The notes beneath the pieces are model-generated. The model ran no database searches. It was not told the DNA's origin and saw only the letters and a program-made list of their open reading frames with translations. DNA of 42,079 bases from a virus. Position 1 is the first letter of the stretch. Each line of letters begins with the position of its first letter. This document shows positions 33,027 through 40,669 of the stretch, one piece after another. A program made the translations under genes and the position numbers. The DNA lies in the IMG/VR virus record IMGVR_UViG_3300031616_000014, positions 1 through 42,079 of that record; one strand, given 5' to 3'.

Positions 33027-33244
33027 CAATAATATCCTCGATCGATGTCTTCACGGCCGATCAGCACCAGCCACGCATTCGTCACGCGATTGTCGGCCAA
33101 CCAGCCTTTGAATCTCTGCCAGCGAGATAGCGGGAGGGAATCAGGGGCATCCCCATATAACTCCTCAGTTAATGCCCTCTGGAACGCCGTGAAGGAATCG
33201 GCCGCCCGCTGGTGCAGCAACTCGACTTCCATATCGGTTGCCAT
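33026..33244 (-). CDS. Hypothetical 72-aa protein
   Basis: ATG 33244 (MATDMEVELL...) is coupled by TGATG to the upstream gene. Confidence 0.5.
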   Translation of the reverse strand: MATDMEVELLHQRAADSFTAFQRALTEELYGDAPDSLPLSRWQRFKGWLADNRVTNAWLVLIGREDIDRGYY

Positions 33245-33462
33245 CACGACCCCTTCGGCCAAGGCACTTCCACGACGGGGAAGCCCTTGCATTCAGTTGG
33301 AACCTTGACCCTGGCCTTGTACTGCGGGCGGATCGATACGCAGATTCGGTGTTTGAAGTCCTTGGTCGTCTCGTCAGGCTCGGTTGCGATCCAGACTGAA
33401 TGCCATGCCGCTGGCGCGTTCAGTTGCTTGATCAGGTCTTGGGCTGCGTCGAGGATGGTCAT
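33244..33462 (-). CDS. Hypothetical 72-aa protein
   Basis: Track ORF. ATGA coupling with the upstream gene. Confidence 0.5.
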   Translation of the reverse strand: MTILDAAQDLIKQLNAPAAWHSVWIATEPDETTKDFKHRICVSIRPQYKARVKVPTECKGFPVVEVPWPKGS

Positions 33463-34157
33463 GCATCGTTTCCTTGCTCTTCTTTGGCCTTCGGTTTGAA
33501 GCCCAGACCATGGCGCGCATAATGCTCGCGCAATTTATCGGCGCTCGGAGCTTGCGGCTTTGGTAGCTCATTAGGAACAGGTTTGTATTCCTTACTTCCC
33601 ATTGCTTGCTGCAGCTTTTGAAATCCGAGAGTAATCCTAGCCTTCATGGCCGGATCTTCCGGAGGCTCTACATCAGCCCTAAGGACCAACATCAGGTCGC
33701 GCAATTCCTTCTTGCACCATTCCACATGCTCGTCAGCGAGCTGTCGAACGCGGGGAGCGCTTGGCGGAAAGTCAGGGCTCATATCCGAGACCGCACCTCG
33801 GGAGATATCCCGTGCCGCCGCCTTGATCGACCACAGCGGGATATCCGACAAATCGTCCGCATACTTTCGGATCAGAACCTGAGCCTCGACGTGTGACAGA
33901 CCGCGCATGGATGGATAGGCCATCATCAGCGCCGCCACTGCCTCCTCGATCTCGCTGCGGGTTGCGCTTTTGGTCGAACGCATGACCAGCTTCCAGCGGT
34001 TTTCCATCTTGCCGCGAGTGATCGACGGCAGAGGTTCATGCAACCGGCCGTCAACCATCGCCGATCGCCGAAACGATAGTTCCTTAGCCATCCAGACATC
34101 AACGGGAGGCGCCGAAACCAAAATCGCCGGTTGATGCTTCGAAATCGCCTGTGCCAT
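33459..34157 (-). CDS. Replication-module protein of unknown function (232 aa)
   Basis: Follows the iteron-bearing gene. RBS AGGGAA before ATG 34157 gives a 59-nt overlap with the upstream gene; the alternative ATG 34091 removes the overlap. No NTPase motifs seen. Confidence 0.5.
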   Translation of the reverse strand: MAQAISKHQPAILVSAPPVDVWMAKELSFRRSAMVDGRLHEPLPSITRGKMENRWKLVMRSTKSATRSEIEEAVAALMMAYPSMRGLSHVEAQVLIRKYADDLSDIPLWSIKAAARDISRGAVSDMSPDFPPSAPRVRQLADEHVEWCKKELRDLMLVLRADVEPPEDPAMKARITLGFQKLQQAMGSKEYKPVPNELPKPQAPSADKLREHYARHGLGFKPKAKEEQGNDA

Positions 34158-34788
34158 CTTGCCGTTCCCTGTGTTTGTCCATCAGAACCGATACGAATCC
34201 ACCCTTGCCCGCCGGAGGGCCTTTCGAAATGGGATGAACCCGTGCTGTCGGGAGGTATTTCTTCACGTCACGCATACGATTGCGCCAAGTGCCCTTCCAA
34301 CTGAGCTTGACACCCTTCGCGCCTGGCACTCCGGACCAGTAATCGATAAATGCCGGCGTCTCCGCCTCTACCGTTTCCGGTGGAATTCCGAGGGATGCTG
34401 CAAATTTTCGATCATCGTCATCAATCGAAAAATCCGGGGGAATTCTGCTTCCGCGCGCATCCTTCTTACTTTCTTTCTTTTCCTTAACTTCTACTTGGAT
34501 AGCCTCTTCTTTCTTTTCCCTTATAAGAATACAGGGATTTTCCGGTGGAATTCCGGTGGAATGGTCGGGTGGAATTCCGGTGGAATTTCTGGCCGCAGCT
34601 TGTTTTCGCTTGCGTTCTCGGTCCCACGCCCGGCGCTTTTCCATCATCGAAGTGTCCGCCGGATTTCCGGTGGAAACGGCCCTCGCCGCCATCGCCTCTT
34701 CGAGTGTTGCAACCGAACGGATTATAGTTTCCACCGGAATTCCGGTGGAATGCATTTCTGCAATCATGTTTGCGATGGGAGTTTTCAA
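34099..34788 (-). CDS. Putative replication initiator; its gene contains the iterons
   Basis: The repeated peptide STGIP(P/V) is encoded by the iterons. The C-terminal FIDYWSGVPGAKGVKLSWKGTWRNRMR resembles the F..fW..YP...gk...a motif of phage replication proteins. Lambda-O-like arrangement. Confidence 0.55.
   Translation of the reverse strand: MKTPIANMIAEMHSTGIPVETIIRSVATLEEAMAARAVSTGNPADTSMMEKRRAWDRERKRKQAAARNSTGIPPDHSTGIPPENPCILIREKKEEAIQVEVKEKKESKKDARGSRIPPDFSIDDDDRKFAASLGIPPETVEAETPAFIDYWSGVPGAKGVKLSWKGTWRNRMRDVKKYLPTARVHPISKGPPAGKGGFVSVLMDKHRERQDGTGDFEASTGDFGFGASR
34375..34750. repeat. Iteron array / candidate origin of replication
   Basis: TTCCGGTGGAA occurs at 34375-85, 34540-50, 34551-61, 34575-85, 34665-75 and 34740-50. 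An inverted TTCCACCGGAA lies at 34729-39, forming a perfect 22-bp palindrome at 34729-34750. Degenerate copies lie at 34432-42 and 34565-74. A pyrimidine/AT-rich tract at about 34460-34530 lies between the iteron groups. Confidence 0.75.
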
Positions 34789-35033
34789 CCCGCCATCCCC
34801 AGCGCATGCATGTAGGTCGCGAGGATGGCCTCAGCCTCTTCGCGCTTGGTTTGATCCTGCCGGCGAATGGCTACGATCTTCCGAACTGTCTTGACACACA
34901 GGCCGTTAGATTTGGCCTCCTGGTAGATTTCCTTGATACCCTCGGCAATCTCAGCCTTGGATGCTTCCTCGCGCTCCACGCGCTCTACAATCGATTTTAG
35001 CTGGCTATTGTCGCCTATTGTTGGTTCAGACAT
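34785..35033 (-). CDS. gapR: GapR-like (DUF2312) DNA-binding protein
   Basis: ATG 35033. LKSIVERVEREEASKAEIAEGIKEIYQEAKSNGLCVKTVRKIVAIRRQDQTKREEAEAILATYMHALGM matches the DUF2312/UPF0335 (GapR) family pattern almost along its full length. Confidence 0.8.
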   Translation of the reverse strand: MSEPTIGDNSQLKSIVERVEREEASKAEIAEGIKEIYQEAKSNGLCVKTVRKIVAIRRQDQTKREEAEAILATYMHALGMAG

Positions 35034-35229
35034 CTGCGCTCTCGGTTTGCTTGACGGGTACGCGGTGGAATGACTGACGCAACATAAGCGTGATGCCATC
35101 GGTCAGGATGTGGCGCATCTGGTCGGGATGGACTTCGATGCTGATCAATTCAGCCGAACCGAAGGCTTGGAAGTTGAGCAAGTATCGGCCGGCGTCTGGC
35201 GTGGTCAGGTAGGCGATCTTCGCGATCAT
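35026..35229 (-). CDS. Hypothetical 67-aa protein
   Basis: Track ORF, coupled at both ends (ATGA upstream, 8-nt overlap downstream). Confidence 0.5.
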   Translation of the reverse strand: MIAKIAYLTTPDAGRYLLNFQAFGSAELISIEVHPDQMRHILTDGITLMLRQSFHRVPVKQTESADV

Positions 35230-35369
35230 GCCGCCCCACCCTTCTTCCGCAACACCTGGACGAGTTCGAGAACCCTGACCTTGTGGCGTGCAACATCGCG
35301 GTTTCGCGGGCTGACCTTGCGAAGGGCTTGCCGGCGGGCTTTGAGAAGAGCGCGGACGGGGATCTTCAT
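35226..35369 (-). CDS. Arg/Lys-rich 47-aa protein
   Basis: Hand-translated: [47 protein letters not shown]. 15 of 47 residues are Arg or Lys. ATGA coupling at both ends. Confidence 0.4.
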   Translation of the reverse strand: MKIPVRALLKARRQALRKVSPRNRDVARHKVRVLELVQVLRKKGGAA

Positions 35370-35875
35370 CCGATGGCTCCCATGATTAAGGTTCTGAGGG
35401 ATTCGACATCAGCGCTGACGTTCTTGTCGCGCTCGACCATGGCTTCGATTTTGCGCACCGCGTGCAGGACAGTGGTGTGGTCTCGATTGCCGAACCGTCG
35501 CCCGATTTCCGGCAATGAGCGGACGGTGAGCTTCTTGCAGAGATACATCCCAACCTGGCGGGCGCGGACCAGATAGGCCATGCGGCGTTCGGCTATCAGC
35601 TCAACCCGGCTGATCTCGTAGAACTTGGCGACAATCCTTTGAATGTCGTCGATCTTGGGCCGGATGGTGGTTTGCTCGATCTCATCGAGCGTAAACCATG
35701 GCTCCTTAATCGGATTCAGTTCGAATTGCCGCTCTATCCAACTGACAATGACCGGATCTTGCGGCTTAGGAACGAACAACTTTTCCGGCGGTTTCATCTT
35801 CTGGAGCCGCTCGCCTCGTTCCCGGCAAGCTTCCAGCTGTGATGGTGTGGCGTTAGCATATGGATCGTGAAGCAT
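35366..35875 (-). CDS. DnaA domain IV-only protein (DnaA-box-binding HTH, no AAA+ domain)
   Basis: [67 protein letters not shown] matches the Bac_DnaA_C signature (R....aRq.aMYL...lt..Sl..IG..FG.RDHtTV.ha). The protein is only 169 aa. Confidence 0.8.
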   Translation of the reverse strand: MLHDPYANATPSQLEACRERGERLQKMKPPEKLFVPKPQDPVIVSWIERQFELNPIKEPWFTLDEIEQTTIRPKIDDIQRIVAKFYEISRVELIAERRMAYLVRARQVGMYLCKKLTVRSLPEIGRRFGNRDHTTVLHAVRKIEAMVERDKNVSADVESLRTLIMGAIG

Positions 35876-35877
35876 TC

Positions 35878-36222
35878 CTAACCCCCTTCAGTTTCCTTAC
35901 CAACCAGAGCGCGAACCGCGATAACAATGCGATTATCAGGCCCGGCGATTTCTTCTGTTCTTTTGAGTTCATTTCCCAGCTTTCGCATTTGTAGTTCGCA
36001 CTCTGCGCGATAAGCCGCCCTGATGCTCTCGTAGACCGAGATGCTGATTATCTTGAGACGGTCCCGGCGATACCTTAAGGACCACAAGAATCCATAATCC
36101 ACTCCGTACTGACGTTCGATCTGACGCATGGCGTTTTCCGTATCACCTGGGCCGCGCGCTTTCATGCGCGTGAGGTCTTTCGACCATGCAGCGGCCTGAT
36201 CCAGATACGCAGCGTCAGACAT
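35878..36222 (-). CDS. Hypothetical 114-aa protein
   Basis: ATG 36222 follows AAAGGA. The track ORF extends to 36318 via a non-ATG start, so the start is uncertain. Confidence 0.5.
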   Translation of the reverse strand: MSDAAYLDQAAAWSKDLTRMKARGPGDTENAMRQIERQYGVDYGFLWSLRYRRDRLKIISISVYESIRAAYRAECELQMRKLGNELKRTEEIAGPDNRIVIAVRALVGKETEGG

Positions 36223-36351
36223 CTTCAAAATCCTTTTGCGCACTTGCAAAACTCTCCATGGTTTGTTGGTTTCATGGAGGGAACACACGATAACGACGAT
36301 GAACTCGGCTTCATTCACATCGCGGCGGCAACCGCGAATGTCTTGAGATGG

Positions 36352-36585
36352 TTAGAGACGGACAAACAGAAGGATGAACCCAGCAACAACGAGACCAACA
36401 CCAGTGAGGACGCCGGCAAGAGCGTCGATCAACGCCGTGCTTTTGTTGAGCGGCGCCTGAGAGACATCGATCGGTTCGAAGACCGGGCGAGAGGCAGGAA
36501 GTAGAATACTGTCGGGCGGTGCGTATATGCCGCGCGAAGCAGCCGGCCGCGTGTCAAAGCCCCCCGAGCGCGGTCGGCTGCTCAT
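36352..36585 (-). CDS. Tail-anchored membrane protein (77 aa)
   Basis: ATG 36585 (MSSRPRSGG...). C-terminal TM LAGVLTGVGLVVAGFILLFV. The ATG overlaps the upstream stop (ATGA). Confidence 0.45.
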   Translation of the reverse strand: MSSRPRSGGFDTRPAASRGIYAPPDSILLPASRPVFEPIDVSQAPLNKSTALIDALAGVLTGVGLVVAGFILLFVRL

Positions 36586-36710
36586 GCCCTCAACTCCAAA
36601 GGAGCGACAGCGATCTCGCACTGCGCAACCGCCCGGAGGATTCGCCAAAGAACGAAAAGCACGTTAAAGTCGAGCCAAAGAATAAGGGCAACTTCCAAAG
36701 ATGCGCTCAT
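36582..36710 (-). CDS. Hydrophobic 42-aa peptide
   Basis: Hand-translated: MSASLEVALILWLDFNVLFVLWRILRAVAQCEIAVAPLELRA. One TM helix. Confidence 0.35.
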   Translation of the reverse strand: MSASLEVALILWLDFNVLFVLWRILRAVAQCEIAVAPLELRA

Positions 36711-36828
36711 GTCGGACCTCGGGAGATTTTGGATGGAATGGCTGATTTATGGATTGCTGGCGCTGGTAGCGGCGTATGGCATTGGCTTTGTCGCGCTACG
36801 ATATTTCTTCCCGCCGGACAGATCATAG

Positions 36829-36876
36829 ATGCGCCGACCGCTTGGGATTGGGGGGCAAATCTAGCGGTCGGCGCAT
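36829..36876. repeat. Strong inverted repeat / stem-loop (14-bp perfect arms, 20-nt loop)
   Basis: ATGCGCCGACCGCT (36829-36842) pairs with AGCGGTCGGCGCAT (36863-36876). No U/T tract follows on either strand. Confidence 0.8.
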
Positions 36877-37048
36877 ATTCGTGCGGTGTCGGCACGAATT
36901 TGAATTCGTATGCACTCGAAGGTGCAAACAGTTCCAAATTGGAACAACTACGGAGCGAGTATTTTTTCCGTGTACACGCTGCATGTTTCAACTTGCGCAG
37001 TGTCGGGTTGTAGACACATGATGGACTCTCGGGCGACACGAAGAAGCC

Positions 37049-37312
37049 ATGGGGGAGCATATGAGTACACGCAATACCCCGTCGAAAATGACGGACACTT
37101 ACTACGTCACCGACACCACACAGGAAGACCTCGGGAACGGAAATGTTCTCGTCAGAAACTACCGCCGGAGAAACGGCGTCCTCATTCCGGAATTCAACTG
37201 CATCATTGCTTCGCCAAATCTCTTGAAGGCCAGCACGAAGTTCACAACTTTCGTGCGAATGATGTGCAAGAGAGAAGAGCAGTGGCGAGATGCTGGCATG
37301 AGAGTTCACTGA
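37049..37312 (+). CDS. Hypothetical protein antisense to the leftward early operon
   Basis: Track ORF of 87 aa, or 83 aa from ATG 37061 after GGGGGAG. Lower-GC segment. Its 3' end overlaps the 3' end of the Cro-like gene by 7 nt. No recognisable motif. Confidence 0.35.
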   Translation: MGEHMSTRNTPSKMTDTYYVTDTTQEDLGNGNVLVRNYRRRNGVLIPEFNCIIASPNLLKASTKFTTFVRMMCKREEQWRDAGMRVH

Positions 37313-37518
37313 ACTCCTCCCACCTTCACATGATCGACCAAGACCGAGGGCGCGATTTTCGTTGCGTCCTCGATCAACTGCCAATGTTTCTTGTGCGGGA
37401 AGTGATCGCCCCGCTCCCATCGCGAAAGCGTCATGGTCGAAACGCCGATCAGCTTCGCGGCATGTTTCTGCGAAAGCTTGTGATTTGCGCGCCAAACTTT
37501 GAGCGGGTTCTGCTTCAT
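37306..37518 (-). CDS. Cro-like XRE-family HTH regulator (70 aa), first gene of the leftward arm
   Basis: ATG 37518 (MKQNPLKVWRANHKLSQKHAAKLIGVSTMTLSRWERG). Classic HTH_3 pattern. The start codon lies 6 nt after a predicted -10, giving a leaderless or near-leaderless mRNA. Confidence 0.75.
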   Translation of the reverse strand: MKQNPLKVWRANHKLSQKHAAKLIGVSTMTLSRWERGDHFPHKKHWQLIEDATKIAPSVLVDHVKVGGVQ

Positions 37519-37601
37519 GCTGCTACCTAGCCATAAAACGTTAGTGACTGTCAAGCCCTTTTAACGGTTTCTGATAAGTGACGTAAACACAAAGGGTTAG
37601 T
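37519..37601. promoter_or_regulatory. Genetic switch: divergent promoters and operator candidates
   Basis: Minus strand: TTGACA (37554-37549)-N18-CTAGGT (37530-37525), then AGCAGC and the ATG. Plus strand (weaker): TTAACG (37561-66)-N17-TAAACA (37584-89) ahead of ATG 37602. The 18-mer CTAGCCATAAAACGTTAG (37527-37544) recurs inverted at 38008-38025. GTGAC-containing half-sites lie at 37544-48 and 37578-82. Confidence 0.6.
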
Positions 37602-37931
37602 ATGGTCCGTCCTATGCCTGTGAGGATCGGACCCAAGCGCCAACGCCAAGTTTACCTGGCCGAATGGCGAGTCCACTTGGGCCTTACCCAAGAGCAGCTC
37701 GCCCAGCGCATCGGGAAGACCGCCATGACGGTTTCCAGGTGGGAACGGGCCGAGACCCAGATGAACAAAGCCACTATGGATGCAGTGGCCGAGGCCATGA
37801 AGGGTGACATGGAGGGGGAAGACCTCTATTACCATCCTGACCGCCCGAGCCCGAATATGCTGCTCCGGGGTCAGCCGCCTGAGATCATCGATCAGGCCAT
37901 CAAGCTCATCAAAGCCATCCGCCAGAACTGA
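37602..37931 (+). CDS. cI-like XRE-family HTH repressor candidate (109 aa)
   Basis: LGLTQEQLAQRIGKTAMTVSRWERAE is an HTH_3 motif. The gene appears monocistronic and lies between the two promoters that share the 18-bp element. Confidence 0.7.
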   Translation: MVRPMPVRIGPKRQRQVYLAEWRVHLGLTQEQLAQRIGKTAMTVSRWERAETQMNKATMDAVAEAMKGDMEGEDLYYHPDRPSPNMLLRGQPPEIIDQAIKLIKAIRQN

Positions 37932-37997
37932 TTCCCACAGAATAACGCTTTGATACCATTCTGATTTTCAGAGACTAACATTTTTTGTCTATTTCCA

Positions 37998-38027
37998 CTT
38001 GACCGTTCTAACGTTTTATGGCTAGAT
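37998..38027 (+). promoter_or_regulatory. Rightward early promoter with a shared operator-like 18-mer
   Basis: CTTGACC (-35 TTGACC 37999-38004)-N17-CTAGAT (38022-38027), close to the alphaproteobacterial CTTGAC-N17-CTATAT consensus. The spacer and -10 contain CTAACGTTTTATGGCTAG (38008-38025). Confidence 0.6.
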
Positions 38028-38054
38028 GCTTCCATCAGATCGGGAGCAAATCAG

Positions 38055-38222
38055 ATGATCCAATTCGATGAAGGCACGCCCACCCTCTGCGGTCGTGTCA
38101 CTTGGGGCACCAAGGCCGGATACATCACCGAGATCAACCGCCAGACCTACCGCGTGCGCTGGCTCGACGGTGCCGAGACCTCGCAGCTTCGCCCCGATCT
38201 GGATGACGAGGAGCGGAATTGA
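38055..38222 (+). CDS. Hypothetical 55-aa protein
   Basis: Hand-translated: MIQFDEGTPTLCGRVTWGTKAGYITEINRQTYRVRWLDGAETSQLRPDLDDEERN. RBS GGGAG 8 nt upstream. Confidence 0.5.
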   Translation: MIQFDEGTPTLCGRVTWGTKAGYITEINRQTYRVRWLDGAETSQLRPDLDDEERN

Positions 38223-38389
38223 TGACCAAGACATTCGATCCCAAAGTTTATGAATTGGCCGCCCTGTTTTTGATGGACGAGCCGAAGCTCAACGGAGAGG
38301 CCGCGCGGGTCACCCTCGCAGCAGCAATCCAAGAAGCGATTGAGGACGAACTGTTCTTTATGCGCGACACGATGGAGGCAAAGCGATGA
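38222..38389 (+). CDS. Hypothetical 55-aa protein
   Basis: Hand-translated: MTKTFDPKVYELAALFLMDEPKLNGEAARVTLAAAIQEAIEDELFFMRDTMEAKR. TGATG coupling. Confidence 0.45.
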   Translation: MTKTFDPKVYELAALFLMDEPKLNGEAARVTLAAAIQEAIEDELFFMRDTMEAKR

Positions 38390-38547
38390 CCCCCGACCAA
38401 CTCGAACCAACCCTCGAACGCCACGCGAAACTGCTGTGGTGGATGACGGATCAGGCCCGCCTCGCGTTCATCGCGGAACTTCGAGCCGACATGATCCAAC
38501 AAATCGAACTCGAAGCAGTCGCCCGTGAAATGGAGTTGGCATCATGA
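38386..38547 (+). CDS. Hypothetical 53-aa protein
   Basis: Hand-translated: MTPDQLEPTLERHAKLLWWMTDQARLAFIAELRADMIQQIELEAVAREMELAS. ATGA coupling at both ends. Confidence 0.45.
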   Translation: MTPDQLEPTLERHAKLLWWMTDQARLAFIAELRADMIQQIELEAVAREMELAS

Positions 38548-39242
38548 ACGCAGTCGAGAAGATAGAGCCGCAGCCCGCGCGCGCTGTCACGCCGATGGAC
38601 ATGCTCAACCGTGCCGTTGAGAGCGGCGCCGGCCTTGAGATGGTCGAGAAGCTGATGAGCCTGCAGGAGCGCTGGGAAACCGGACAGGCTCGCAAGGCGT
38701 TCGACCGTGCCATTGCAGCGGCAAAGGCCAAGATCACGCCCATTCAGCGCAACGCTAAGGGTCACAATGACAAGCGCTATGCCGACTTCGCCGCGATCGC
38801 CAAGGTGGTTGACCCGATCCTGAGCGAGCATGGCCTCTCCTACCGCTTCCGCACGGCTCAGAGCGACCGCATCAGCGTTACCTGCATCCTGTCGCATGAG
38901 GACGGCCACAGCGAGGAAACCACCCTCACCGGCCCGGCTGACAGTTCAGGCAACAAGAACGCCATTCAGGCGATCGGCTCAACCCTGACCTACCTGCAGC
39001 GCTATTCGCTGGTGCAGATGCTTGGGCTTGCGGCTGCGGCCGACGACGATGGGAAGGCTGGAGGCAACGTCGTTACCGTTACCCAGAAGCAGGCGGACGA
39101 CATCCGAGACCTGATCGAGGCAAACGGCAAGAAACTGGCCGACTTCCTGAAATGGGCCAAGGTCGATCAAATCGAGCAGATCGCCGCCGACAAGTACGAT
39201 TCCTGTGTGGCTGCGATCAACTTCAAGGCGCCCTCGAAATGA
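38544..39242 (+). CDS. erf: ERF-family single-strand annealing protein
   Basis: KRYADFAAIAKVVDPILSEHGLSY...IQAIGSTLTYLQRYSLVQMLGLAAAADDDG matches ERF hallmarks (Y..l..i...v.p.L...Gl, G...TY.rRY.l..lLGl...DDDG). Confidence 0.8.
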   Translation: MNAVEKIEPQPARAVTPMDMLNRAVESGAGLEMVEKLMSLQERWETGQARKAFDRAIAAAKAKITPIQRNAKGHNDKRYADFAAIAKVVDPILSEHGLSYRFRTAQSDRISVTCILSHEDGHSEETTLTGPADSSGNKNAIQAIGSTLTYLQRYSLVQMLGLAAAADDDGKAGGNVVTVTQKQADDIRDLIEANGKKLADFLKWAKVDQIEQIAADKYDSCVAAINFKAPSK

Positions 39243-39862
39243 TGCAGATCATCGAATGCGAACAGGGAACAGCGGAATGGCTTGCCGCGCGAGCTGGCAT
39301 CCCGACCGCCTCGGAATTTCACACGGTCATGGCCGTAGGAAAGAGCGGCGGCAAGAGCGTCACCCGCGTTGCCTACTTGAACAAGTTGGCGGGCGAAGTC
39401 CTGACCGGAGATCCCATGGAGAACTTTGTGAGCGCCGCCATGGAGCGCGGCTCGTTGATGGAGGATGAGGCCCGCGACCTCTACGCATTCCAGAACGGCG
39501 TTGACCCCCAGCGCGTTGGGTTTGTCCGCAACGGCGAGAAAGGCGCCAGTCCGGATAGCCTGATCGGCGACAAGGGGGGCTTGGAGATCAAGTCGGCCGC
39601 CGCACACATCCAGATCGCACGGCTTTTGGACGGTGGATTGCCATCCGAGCACAAGGCCCAGGTGCATGGCAGTCTTTGGGTTTGCGAACGCGAGTGGTGG
39701 GATTTTTGCTCCTACTGCCCGAAGCTGCCGCTGCTGCAAGTCCGCGTCTTTCGCGATGAAGAGTACATCGCCAAGATCGCGCGCGAGGTCGAACTGTTCA
39801 ACGTCGAGCTTCGTCAGACCGTCGAGTTTATCCGCCGCTATGGACAGAAGGAAGCTGCCTGA
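39239..39862 (+). CDS. YqaJ-like (lambda Exo-type, PD-(D/E)xK) recombination exonuclease
   Basis: The start CEQGTAEWLAARAGIPTASEFHTVM fits the YqaJ opening (Q.s.eW...R.G..taSe). ASPDSLIGDKGGLEIKS fits the D...EiK catalytic motif. ATGA coupled to erf. Confidence 0.8.
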   Translation: MMQIIECEQGTAEWLAARAGIPTASEFHTVMAVGKSGGKSVTRVAYLNKLAGEVLTGDPMENFVSAAMERGSLMEDEARDLYAFQNGVDPQRVGFVRNGEKGASPDSLIGDKGGLEIKSAAAHIQIARLLDGGLPSEHKAQVHGSLWVCEREWWDFCSYCPKLPLLQVRVFRDEEYIAKIAREVELFNVELRQTVEFIRRYGQKEAA

Positions 39863-40263
39863 TGCCGCGCGCCGTGGTCAAGATTGAGGGACAGGCCGAA
39901 CGTAACCTGATCGCGCGCTGGGCCATGGATACGCAGAACGTGCCGGCCGGAACTACGGTCGAGTTTCGCGCTCCGCGCCGATCGCTCGATCAGAATGCTT
40001 TGATGTGGTCCCTCTTGGGTCAGATCAGCAAGCAGGTGGATTGGTACGGCCAGAAGCTATCGAGCGAAGATTGGAAGGACGTTCTCACGGCCTCCCTGCG
40101 CCGCACGCGCGTTGTGCCAGGTATCGACGCAGGATCATTCGTCCCTCTCGGCATGCGAACATCTCAGATGACGAAGGAAGAGATCAGCGAGCTTCTGGAA
40201 CTGATCTATGCGTTCGGTGCTCAACAGGACGTCAAGTTCCGGGAATTGGAGTTGGTGTCGTGA
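39862..40263 (+). CDS. ninB: NinB / Orf family recombination mediator
   Basis: RSLDQNALMWSLLGQISKQVDWYGQKLSSEDWKDVLTASL matches the NinB (PF05772) core (RSl.QNa..wa.l.dis.qv.w.G.k.s.edWK). Confidence 0.8.
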   Translation: MPRAVVKIEGQAERNLIARWAMDTQNVPAGTTVEFRAPRRSLDQNALMWSLLGQISKQVDWYGQKLSSEDWKDVLTASLRRTRVVPGIDAGSFVPLGMRTSQMTKEEISELLELIYAFGAQQDVKFRELELVS

Positions 40264-40592
40264 GACGGGAATTTAGCAAGCAGACGAAGCGAGACGCCTT
40301 CCTGCGCGCCGACGGCAAGTGCGAGCGCAAGGATTGCGGCGCCCGTCTCACGCTCGGCAAGTTCGCCTATGACCACGTTATCCCAGATGGATTAGGCGGA
40401 GAGCCGATACTGGAGAATTGCGAAGTCCTCTGTCTGCCCTGCCACAAGGCAAAGACGACCAAGCAGGACGTTCCTGCGATTGCCAAGACCAAGCGCATCC
40501 AGGATCGCCAGAAGGGCATCAAGAAGCCGCGGACGATGACGCGCTGGCGCCGGTTTGACGGGACCATTCGAGAAGCAGGACGTGAACGATGA
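40260..40592 (+). CDS. HNH endonuclease (small, about 110 aa)
   Basis: GTG 40260 lies 8 nt after GGAG and overlaps the ninB stop. CERKDCG...YDHVIPDGLGGEPILENCEVLCLPCHKAKT is an HNHc signature. Confidence 0.75.
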   Translation: MRREFSKQTKRDAFLRADGKCERKDCGARLTLGKFAYDHVIPDGLGGEPILENCEVLCLPCHKAKTTKQDVPAIAKTKRIQDRQKGIKKPRTMTRWRRFDGTIREAGRER

Positions 40593-40669
40593 CCATTTTC
40601 GACGTAGGCCCGGTAGCGGCGCTGGCGATCATCGGCTTTCTGGCGTTCATTCTGCTGGTGCTGCGATGA
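40589..40669 (+). CDS. Micro membrane ORF (26 aa)
   Basis: Hand-translated: MTIFDVGPVAALAIIGFLAFILLVLR. ATGA coupling at both ends. Confidence 0.35.
   Translation: MTIFDVGPVAALAIIGFLAFILLVLR

Noticed and set aside
36707-37495. 262-aa minus-strand ORF spanning the palindrome-dense region.
   Set aside because: Its N-terminal third overlaps the well-supported Cro-like HTH gene in another frame. The remainder is rich in Cys, Ser, Arg and Pro with no motif or RBS-linked internal start. I treat it as non-coding or uncertain.
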